Below are positions 10,672 through 17,728 of a stretch of DNA of 20,000 nt, in pieces. Within the stretch, counting starts at the first letter, position 1. Every line of letters begins with the position of its first letter. The stretch lies in IMG/VR virus record IMGVR_UViG_3300044617_001027; one strand, given 5' to 3'. The notes below the pieces were generated by a model. It saw only the letters and a list, made by a program, of their open reading frames with translations, searched no databases and was not told where the DNA came from. Source of the stretch: an uncultured virus (IMG/VR IMGVR_UViG_3300044617_001027) (taxonomy: Duplodnaviria > Heunggongvirae > Uroviricota > Caudoviricetes). A program made the translations under genes and the position numbers.

Positions 10672-11083
10672 CTTCTAATTGTTTATCTATGTCTTGAAAT
10701 TCATCTAATAAGTTATCTTCCGCTTTTTGTAGCATCTTTAATTCAGTCAACTCCTTTTGCGTTTCTTGAGATAACTCTTGAAGTAGCATTTCTTTTTCTT
10801 CTTCTGTTAAGTTAAAATCGCCACTTGAAATAGATGCTGCTTTACTATACATTCTTTGTACAATAGCTGCCATTTTTATAAGTTGATCGTCATTTTTAAC
10901 CATCACATCAAAAAATTCTTTAACAACCGGTAGAATAACTACTGCATCATTTACACTTTGTACAACTCCATCTAATCCTTTTAATGTCTTATCTAATTCT
11001 TTTGATCTTTTTTTAGAATTGCCATAAATTTCTTTCAAGAGATTTGACATGCTAAAATCATCAAATAATTTTATATCTTCCAT
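10631..11083 (-). CDS. Hypothetical helical phage protein (150 aa)
   Basis: Intact ORF starting 1 nt after the sigma gene's stop and overlapping the spike gene by 41 bp. Contains P..KE..DV.VKNDDQL.KMA.IVQR and 'LTEEEKEMLL'. Confidence 0.75.
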   Translation of the reverse strand: MEDIKLFDDFSMSNLLKEIYGNSKKRSKELDKTLKGLDGVVQSVNDAVVILPVVKEFFDVMVKNDDQLIKMAAIVQRMYSKAASISSGDFNLTEEEKEMLLQELSQETQKELTELKMLQKAEDNLLDEFQDIDKQLEDGLFSIGGSDRDL

Positions 11084-11084
11084 A

Positions 11085-11765
11085 TTATTTCTTCATGTAT
11101 TTATTAAATTGCAAATCAAAATCTTCTTTAAATATTTTTACTATCTTAGTGATTCTGTTTGTATTTGTCATGGGAATATTGGATCTTTCTCTTATTAATA
11201 CATATAATGCTTTCTTATTAAATGCGTATAAAGATTTTCGATGCTTAAAAATGTCAATGATAGAATCTGCTATGGCTTTATCTAAATTATTTTTAAAAGT
11301 GCATCTTAATTTTTCATATAATTCTTCGGTCCATAAATTCATAAAGTCATCTAAAGAATCTTTATAATGTCTAGTGACTACTTCATTTATTATATCTCTT
11401 TCTTCATCTATTTCCCACAATTCCGCTTCTCCGACTCTATTCTTATACCCTTTCTTATTTTCCATGATAAGATAATTTATAGCAATCCGGGTAAAAAAAG
11501 AATACGCTTTAGCCCTTTCTTCATTATATCTGTGCATTTTTATAGTCAGCATGGAAACTACTTGACAATGTAAATCCTCATACGGTAAATCAATGTACAT
11601 ATATTTACCCATGTTTATTAAATTCTCAGCTAGTTTACAAAATGCAGGATATATATTTAATTCGTATAAGTTATTTTTTTCTTTTTGTGAATCTAGTTTA
11701 TTATATTCTACTATTGCATTTTGTACTGTGTCATCAAAGTACATTTTTTTCTTTAATTTTTTCAT
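11085..11765 (-). CDS. Phage RNA polymerase sigma factor, T4 gp55-like late sigma
   Basis: YF......AIVEYN...IY.AF.KLAEN.I ... EDL ... RYN.ER.KAYSFFT.IA.NYLI resembles sigma region 2 of gp55-type factors. Start moved to ATG 11765 because the ORF-track start (11789) lies inside the hairpin. Confidence 0.7.
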   Translation of the reverse strand: MKKLKKKMYFDDTVQNAIVEYNKLDSQKEKNNLYELNIYPAFCKLAENLINMGKYMYIDLPYEDLHCQVVSMLTIKMHRYNEERAKAYSFFTRIAINYLIMENKKGYKNRVGEAELWEIDEERDIINEVVTRHYKDSLDDFMNLWTEELYEKLRCTFKNNLDKAIADSIIDIFKHRKSLYAFNKKALYVLIRERSNIPMTNTNRITKIVKIFKEDFDLQFNKYMKK

Positions 11766-11776
11766 ATTATATCTAT

Positions 11777-11807
11777 AAAAAAAAGCCATCTTAAAAGATG
11801 ACTTTTT
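11777..11807 (-). terminator. Rho-independent terminator-like hairpin
   Basis: Minus strand AAAAAGTCATCT-TTTA-AGATGGCTTTTTTTT: stem with one G-U pair followed by a U8 tract, 6 nt after the TAG stop at 11814. Confidence 0.7.
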
Positions 11808-11813
11808 GTGTTA

Positions 11814-12116
11814 CTACTTCTTATCTGCTGTAAAAAGTAAATCTAGTTCCTCTATTGTATGACTTAATTGCTTAAATACTGTTCCAACTTCATCGTCTGA
11901 TTCAAATGCACCTATTCTATCTAAGGTTCTCATTGTGTCTAGCGAATCTCTTACTCTTGATCTTATGGATAGTATTATATTAAAGTAATTATCATTTTCT
12001 TTTTCTAAATCATTTAAGTATTTCTCTGACTCAATTAGTAATTTTTCATTTTTAGAGAAGTTTACTATGGCTATGTATAAAAGTATTATGTTTATTATTA
12101 TTGATAGTATTAGCAT
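11814..12116 (-). CDS. Small membrane-anchored coiled-coil protein (~100 aa)
   Basis: Hydrophobic N-terminus MLILSIIINIILLYIAIV, then a heptad-rich region and 'D..GAFESDDEVG.VF..L'. Start at ATG 12116 avoids overlap with the upstream gene. Confidence 0.7.
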   Translation of the reverse strand: MLILSIIINIILLYIAIVNFSKNEKLLIESEKYLNDLEKENDNYFNIILSIRSRVRDSLDTMRTLDRIGAFESDDEVGTVFKQLSHTIEELDLLFTADKK

Positions 12117-12126
12117 GTTTTGTTTT

Positions 12127-12726
12127 TTATGAAGAAACCATTTGTCTTGCTGCATCTGTAGATGCCATGATGATAGATCCTAAAGTTACTTTTTTTGTTT
12201 CTGGGATTTGTAAATATTTGGATGCTGAATCATCGTATAGCCCCGCTTGAATTTTTATTGCCACGTATTCATTGTATGATAAAGTCACATATTTTTGAAG
12301 TAAGTATAGGGATTTATCAGAAGCTACTAAGAATTTAGCTGCATCGTTAAATTTATATCCTCTGTTTAGATTTTTTTTATGCCAGTCAGAAGTTTCCTCT
12401 ACAAAGAAAGGGTCTTCGTCTACTCCGCACAACCCGATAGAATTAAACAATGAAGCTACCGTAAATTCCTCTAAATTAAAATCTAATGCAATGTCGGTAG
12501 ACTTATACAATTTACAAAGACCTAATCCAAAATTATAGGTATTAATTGAAAACTGCAACAATCCTCCTTCGTAACAATAGTTATTGTCTAAAAACATTGA
12601 AGCAGGAGCGCTTTTTAATGTAGTTTCATAGTCTGCTAGTAACTTTAGGAAGTTTTCTTTTCTTCCGCCGGCTACGCGTAAATCTAATAAATCTGTAAAT
12701 TCTTTAAACAATTCTTCCGATTTCAT
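12127..12726 (-). CDS. HD-domain (YhaM-like phage family) protein with degenerate catalytic motifs (199 aa)
   Basis: Scaffold motifs APAS......YEGGL, ASLF..IG..G, W.....G.YKFN, DKSLYLL and E.VAI....GLYD are recognisable, but the expected His/Asp ligands are replaced. Confidence 0.65.
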   Translation of the reverse strand: MKSEELFKEFTDLLDLRVAGGRKENFLKLLADYETTLKSAPASMFLDNNYCYEGGLLQFSINTYNFGLGLCKLYKSTDIALDFNLEEFTVASLFNSIGLCGVDEDPFFVEETSDWHKKNLNRGYKFNDAAKFLVASDKSLYLLQKYVTLSYNEYVAIKIQAGLYDDSASKYLQIPETKKVTLGSIIMASTDAARQMVSS

Positions 12727-12808
12727 AAAACTTTTTTTTGTGTAACAATTTATTATAAGATTTTGTTTATTTCATTCCACTCTTTTATCTGAGCTGGAGA
12801 CATGTTTC

Positions 12809-14314
12809 TTAGCTCCGATTCAGAAAGTTTTTTTTTACATTAGCTTTAGGCTCTCTATAATTTCTACTTTTTGATTTATTTATAGAAGGTATTATTATAA
12901 TTTCTTCTTCCGGTTCTCCTGAAGATATATCGTAATCTTCATCTATTGCCTCAAATGTAATATCTTCTACTACATCTGATTCTATTTCTTCTTGTGTAAT
13001 GTTTTCAAAACTTCCGGTAACTACTTCTTCTAATCTAACTTGTTCTGCAAGTGCTGTATCGGAATATGAGTAAACTTCATTAAAAGATCCTTTTACTATG
13101 GTCATATCTTCAAATTCATTAATAGACTCTATACTATTATTTTTTACTTTATTCTTACTTCCTGTAGGTCTTCCTCTTCTTTTTGGTTTTAGGAATGCCT
13201 TCATTGACCTCGACCATGAAAAATCACCTTGGAAGTTATTTGGATTTGTAGGAACTATTGAACCTAATGTCGGTTCTTCAATAGAACTTGTAAAATCTGA
13301 AAAAGAACTAGTGAATTTTACCTTTTCATTAAAATCATCAATATACTTTGTATCTTCTTTTGTCAAATCATCCGAGTAAAATTCTGCTAAAGGGCTTCTC
13401 TCTTTCGGTTTTTCTGGAATAGGATTCTCTTCAATATTATCAGAATCTTTTTCATCTTCTTCTAGTATTACTTTTTGTGTGAAATGATAGGCGGTTAAAA
13501 GAGCAATAGCCAAGGGGTCCGCTAAAAATACAATAACCATTAGAAACCAAAATAGTACCTTGTCTAAACTTGTATTAGTAACTTCGGAAAGGTAAATTAG
13601 AGGACCAAGTTCTACAGCTACTTCATTACTTGATTTTATTTCTATAATCTTTGTTTCGTAGCTAAATATAGAATCGGAAATGTTTGTGATGTCCACATAT
13701 ACTCCGTCTCTTCTGCTCTCCATTTTTCCAATGTCAGAGTTAAGACCTTCTACTTGTTGTAAATAATCCTTTCTTGTGGATGCATTTGATTTTGATGATG
13801 TCCTTCCTCTGCTATCTACATAAACATCTTTTGAATCACTCATCATTCCAGAGGATGTTGTGTTCCTTTGCAATCTTGTTTGAGCAATGTCAGAAATAAT
13901 TTGCTTATATTCATTTTGCAGATCATTCTTTTTATCGATGAAGAATTTCTTTTTCTCTTCAACTAATGCAACTTCCGATTTAGATGCCATGAGCTTATTC
14001 TTATTCTCGGTATATGCTTGAGAAAGAATGCCATAGACTCCGGAAGATGTTACAAAGATGACAAGGAATAAGAAAATTAATCCCCCCACTTTATATCCTA
14101 ATGTTAGTTTATGCCAGTATCTATGAAGGAATGATGCGATGACAAGTTTTGATATTTCTATTCCGGCGCCTAAAAGAATTATTGCCATGCCTGCTCCGGC
14201 GAAAACTTGGGCTAATCCTTTTACAGAGAAAAAACCTACAACGGAAGCTAGGAAAATAGCGCAGGTTAAAAGAAGATAAGATATTCTTTTTTGTGTTTTT
14301 AAGTCTTTGGTCAT
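12809..14314 (-). CDS. Multi-pass membrane protein with coiled coil, acidic tail and AT-hook (~501 aa)
   Basis: Three N-terminal hydrophobic segments, a long coiled coil, a fourth TM region (VLFWFLMVIVFLADPLAIALL), then an acidic low-complexity tail with KPKRRGRPTGSKNK. ATG 14314 preferred over TTG 14353 because a promoter lies between them. Confidence 0.8.
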   Translation of the reverse strand: MTKDLKTQKRISYLLLTCAIFLASVVGFFSVKGLAQVFAGAGMAIILLGAGIEISKLVIASFLHRYWHKLTLGYKVGGLIFLFLVIFVTSSGVYGILSQAYTENKNKLMASKSEVALVEEKKKFFIDKKNDLQNEYKQIISDIAQTRLQRNTTSSGMMSDSKDVYVDSRGRTSSKSNASTRKDYLQQVEGLNSDIGKMESRRDGVYVDITNISDSIFSYETKIIEIKSSNEVAVELGPLIYLSEVTNTSLDKVLFWFLMVIVFLADPLAIALLTAYHFTQKVILEEDEKDSDNIEENPIPEKPKERSPLAEFYSDDLTKEDTKYIDDFNEKVKFTSSFSDFTSSIEEPTLGSIVPTNPNNFQGDFSWSRSMKAFLKPKRRGRPTGSKNKVKNNSIESINEFEDMTIVKGSFNEVYSYSDTALAEQVRLEEVVTGSFENITQEEIESDVVEDITFEAIDEDYDISSGEPEEEIIIIPSINKSKSRNYREPKANVKKNFLNRS

Positions 14315-14327
14315 GTTATTTTTTTTA

Positions 14328-14358
14328 CAAAGGTAGTCAATTTTTTTGAACAATCAAC
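14328..14358 (-). promoter_or_regulatory. Bacteroidota housekeeping-sigma promoter (-33 TTG / -7 TAnnTTTG)
   Basis: Minus strand GTTG-N19-TACCTTTG, 13 nt upstream of ATG 14314. Matches the Bacteroides/Flavobacterium consensus TTTG-N19-21-TAnnTTTG. Confidence 0.65.
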
Positions 14359-14380
14359 TTTTTTTGCATTTTTTTTTAGT

Positions 14381-14749
14381 ATCTACATGTTTTTACATGA
14401 ATGCTATGTAATATAAAGAAAACAATTACATATATAATTATGTTAGATTTGCATGTTATTGATGTTATCATTTTGTTTTAAAGATATAAAAGAGCATTAA
14501 ACATGAATATACATTTAGACATGGTGCATGTTAACATAATTTTTTTGACAATGGTTGACTGTTGATGTATAATCATGAAATTTTAACATTTTATTAACAT
14601 GTAGATTTTTGGAGGGGATGCTAAAAACAAAATCATACCCCCCAGTAAAATAAAAAAAAATTAAAAAAGACATGTAAAATCTATTTATAGTAAAACATGT
14701 AACAAACATTTATTGATAATTGATTATAAATTAAAACACATTACACATT
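14381..14749. repeat. AT-rich divergent intergenic region with dense ACAT/ATGT motifs and ACATGT palindromes
   Basis: About 20 ACAT/ATGT sites counted by eye; perfect ACATGT at 14385, 14597, 14670 and 14695; 11-bp inverted repeat atctacatgtt (14381) / aacatgtagat (14596). Confidence 0.6.
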
Positions 14750-15109
14750 ATGACAACAATGATAAAAGCATTATCAGATTTTGAACACATGGGCCACATG
14801 GTATATCTAAAAAAGATATTCCCGGAAGCATTCTTTAAAATAAAATCATTTACAGTACATTTTAAAGAGAAAGAAAATTTAATACCCGTAGGAGGAGACG
14901 ATGGAGAGGTTAGAGCAGAAATAACATTATGTCCATCTATAAAATGTCAATTCTACATTTATGCGAATAAAGATGTTTTTGACAATAAGGGAAACGCCCT
15001 GGTACCGTACCTTATAGATTTGGATGTAGATGAGAACAATGATGTAGAAGATTTGTTAGATAAACTAAAACAAATGCTACAGGATGAATTTAAAGAAAAA
15101 ATTGAATGA
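14750..15109 (+). CDS. Hypothetical protein (119 aa)
   Basis: First ORF after the strand switch; ATG in A-rich context; no recognisable motif. Confidence 0.7.
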   Translation: MTTMIKALSDFEHMGHMVYLKKIFPEAFFKIKSFTVHFKEKENLIPVGGDDGEVRAEITLCPSIKCQFYIYANKDVFDNKGNALVPYLIDLDVDENNDVEDLLDKLKQMLQDEFKEKIE

Positions 15110-15122
15110 CACATTATCTTTC

Positions 15123-15644
15123 ATGTCGGAGCATGATAGAGTATTGTTTCTTTACAACAACATCTTACTAAAAAATCCCGACGAAAATTTTGATTTAAAT
15201 AGGGAGACATTTAACATGCTATTTTCTGCTGATCCCGAGAATTCTGACATTTTTGACAACATGTCGGGAGATGCCACTGAAGCAGATGACTTTTTTACAT
15301 TCTTAGACGACAATGAGGAGTCTTTTGATGCTTTCTCTTACTCTGATGAAGAACTAGATGGTTTTTTAGATGGGATTGATGATGAATTAGATTATATAGA
15401 GTCCGAAGATGATGTACAAGTAGAAGTTTTAGTACATGGAAACATCTTGGTTTTGTTTTCCAATTCCGAAGATGACATAAATTCATATATCTATAATTAC
15501 TGCTTTTTAGAAGGGTATATTTTCACAAAGATAGCTGATTCTGAAGTAAAAAACATAAAGTCTTTTGATGTAGTAACCGGATACAAGCATAAAACAGTTT
15601 TAAAAGTACACGGAAAATTAGAAGATGATATATGTTACAATTAA
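15123..15644 (+). CDS. Highly acidic hypothetical protein (~173 aa)
   Basis: About 43 D/E versus about 10 K/R residues by hand count. Start placed at ATG 15123 (MSEHD) to avoid overlap; the ORF track starts at 15084. Confidence 0.7.
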   Translation: MSEHDRVLFLYNNILLKNPDENFDLNRETFNMLFSADPENSDIFDNMSGDATEADDFFTFLDDNEESFDAFSYSDEELDGFLDGIDDELDYIESEDDVQVEVLVHGNILVLFSNSEDDINSYIYNYCFLEGYIFTKIADSEVKNIKSFDVVTGYKHKTVLKVHGKLEDDICYN

Positions 15645-15656
15645 TTTAACATAAAA

Positions 15657-15672
15657 TGGCATATAATTTGAA
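15657..15672 (+). promoter_or_regulatory. Possible sigma-54-type (-24/-12) promoter
   Basis: TGGCATATAATTTGAA: TGGCA with GG-N10-GA spacing (consensus TGGCAC-N5-TTGC), about 45 nt upstream of ATG 15717. Confidence 0.35.
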
Positions 15673-15716
15673 CATCTCAATATAGTTATTATTAGTTAAC
15701 TCTTAAAATTAATAAA

Positions 15717-16097
15717 ATGGCAAATTTTGATGATTTAGGTTACGACGAAGTGGTAGACACTATCTGCGACGTAATTGACTTAGGAAAAAATGTAAAAAAC
15801 GTATTTGCTGACGGATTCCAAGTAATTCCTGATCTTATCGCGTTGACTCCTGAATTCTTTAAAGTTCAAGAGATTATTTCTGACGCTCCCTTGGCAATCA
15901 ACCAACTTAAAAATTTGAGTGTGGAAGAAGCTAAAAAGGCACACGCAGAAATTTCAAAACGTACAGGTGTAGCTCAAGACAAAGTAGTTGATACAGTTAC
16001 TAAGGGCTTCGGCATTGTAGTAGAATTGTATGAAGTATTCGCTTGGAATCAGGCGAAGTTCTATGCAATCAAGACAAAAATACAGGACTTAGCTTAA
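15717..16097 (+). CDS. Hypothetical helical protein (126 aa), apparently its own transcription unit
   Basis: Intact ORF followed by a strong terminator. Frequent GAC/ATC/TTC/AAC codons, unlike its neighbours. Confidence 0.8.
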   Translation: MANFDDLGYDEVVDTICDVIDLGKNVKNVFADGFQVIPDLIALTPEFFKVQEIISDAPLAINQLKNLSVEEAKKAHAEISKRTGVAQDKVVDTVTKGFGIVVELYEVFAWNQAKFYAIKTKIQDLA

Positions 16098-16115
16098 CCT
16101 AACGACTAACTTTAC

Positions 16116-16146
16116 GCCCCGCTAAAAAAATTTGGCGGGGCTTTTT
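16116..16146 (+). terminator. Rho-independent terminator
   Basis: GCCCCGCTAAA-AAAA-TTTGGCGGGGC followed by TTTTT, 18 nt after the stop at 16097. Confidence 0.85.
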
Positions 16147-16185
16147 AATTAATACATTATGCAATATTTATACTAAAGGTTAATC

Positions 16186-17322
16186 ATGCTAATTTACAGG
16201 CCTACTATTATTTCTGGTTCGGGATATTACTCCGGGTCTTTTGATGGAGACGGGTCTAGGTTATATAACATACCATCATCTTCCTACGCTATAACTGCCT
16301 CCTATGCTTTAAATGGAGGAACCGGAGGTGGTGAAAAAGGTGATAAAGGAGAAATGGGAGATTCTGTTTTTACCTCCTCTTTACAAGGAGTATTAGTAAC
16401 AGTTAATCACAATTTAGATTTAGAATATCCTGTTTACAATATTTATGATAATTTAGGAAAAGAGGTAATACCTAAGGAATTTACCATAATTAATCCAAAT
16501 TCCGTACAAGTAAATTTCGGCATACCATTTACCGGCTCTATAAGTATTTCCGCTGGTCAACAAGGTTTTAAAGGACAAAAAGGGAGTAAAGGAGAAGTTG
16601 GTGTCAAGGGAAATAAAGGAGAGTTAGGAGAAGCTGTTTATAGTTCATCTATTCAAGGCACTGTTATTTCTGTGGCTCATAATTTAGATATTCAATATCC
16701 TGTTTTTACTATTTATGATAATTTAGGAGATAATATAATACCTAAATCTTTTTCTGTTATAAATGATAATACCGTTGAAGTTGATTTCGGTATTGGATTT
16801 ACTGGCTCTATAAGCATTGCAAGCGGTATAAAAGGGCAAAAAGGAGAACCTTACAATGGATCTGTAATATATGAGAGCGGTAGTAAAATAGGTATAGGCA
16901 TTCCAAATCCTACATTTCAATTACAATTATCTACAAATAGTGCAGGTAAACCAACTGGAGGATCTTGGTCGGATTCTTCGGATATAAGGTTAAAGACAGA
17001 TATAAAAGACATAGATAATCCACTACATATATTAAAAAAAATAAGAGGAGTTACTTTTAGATGGAAAGATGGTTTACGAGATGATTGTAACTCCGGAGGT
17101 TTTATAGCAGATGAATTAGAGAATGTATTCCCCTCTTGGGTCACAATACAAGAGTCTTCTGAGAAAGAAAAACTGTATATAGAAGACAATAAAGTAAAAA
17201 CTATCTCGCTACCCTTTTATTTTGATGCTATTATAGTTGAATCAATAAAAAAACAGCAAGAAGAAATAGAAATGCTAAAAACTAGTATTTTAGAATTAGA
17301 ACTACTTATTAAAAATACATAA
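16186..17322 (+). CDS. Tail/appendage fibre protein with short GXK collagen segments, two repeated beta domains and a C-terminal peptidase S74 intramolecular chaperone (378 aa)
   Basis: SDIRLKTDI...L..IRGVTFRW....GFIA.ELE.VFP.WV...+ terminal coiled coil is the S74 pattern. A duplicated ~76-aa unit (16330-16557 and 16600-16827) carries V.HNL...YP...IYD......IP.......N.V.V.F...FTG. Confidence 0.85.
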   Translation: MLIYRPTIISGSGYYSGSFDGDGSRLYNIPSSSYAITASYALNGGTGGGEKGDKGEMGDSVFTSSLQGVLVTVNHNLDLEYPVYNIYDNLGKEVIPKEFTIINPNSVQVNFGIPFTGSISISAGQQGFKGQKGSKGEVGVKGNKGELGEAVYSSSIQGTVISVAHNLDIQYPVFTIYDNLGDNIIPKSFSVINDNTVEVDFGIGFTGSISIASGIKGQKGEPYNGSVIYESGSKIGIGIPNPTFQLQLSTNSAGKPTGGSWSDSSDIRLKTDIKDIDNPLHILKKIRGVTFRWKDGLRDDCNSGGFIADELENVFPSWVTIQESSEKEKLYIEDNKVKTISLPFYFDAIIVESIKKQQEEIEMLKTSILELELLIKNT

Positions 17323-17327
17323 TTATA

Positions 17328-17681
17328 ATGAGGATACTATTCCCTACAATATTTTCTGGTTCTGGGTATTTTTCTGGTTCTTTTGATGGAAACGGGTCAA
17401 GACTTAAGGGTATATTGACATCTTCTATTGTTAATTTTAATCAAAACATAAAGAAAATAACTTTCCCTTACGCGGGTAAAGCTCAAGTAACAGGTTCACT
17501 AATTATAAAAGGATCTACTACAAGTTCAGCGGATTTTTTTTTAATACAATCAGGATCTTTTAATTCCGTAAAAGTTAATAATAAAGGAGTATTACAATTA
17601 GGTTCTTATGCTACAAAACCATCTGCTAGTGAAGGAGGAATTATATATAGCGATTATAGTTATTGGATTGGTTTAAATTAA
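17328..17681 (+). CDS. Small fibre-associated virion protein (117 aa)
   Basis: N-terminus (PTIFSGSGYFSGSFDGNGSRL) is paralogous to that of the upstream fibre; C-terminal P....GG..Y.....W.G is a fibre-like motif. Confidence 0.65.
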   Translation: MRILFPTIFSGSGYFSGSFDGNGSRLKGILTSSIVNFNQNIKKITFPYAGKAQVTGSLIIKGSTTSSADFFLIQSGSFNSVKVNNKGVLQLGSYATKPSASEGGIIYSDYSYWIGLN

Positions 17682-17728
17682 TATTAATCAATAACCTATT
17701 TATATAAAAGAAACTTAAAAAAAATGAA

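Noticed and set aside
11095..13379. Plus-strand ORFs 11095-11367, 11367-11573, 11593-11778 and 13098-13379
   Set aside because: Fully antisense to well-supported minus-strand genes; F/L/S-rich translations typical of shadows.
14515..14709. 64-aa minus-strand ORF in the divergent region
   Set aside because: Its Met/His/Phe content simply reflects the CATG motifs and A tracts; not convincingly coding.
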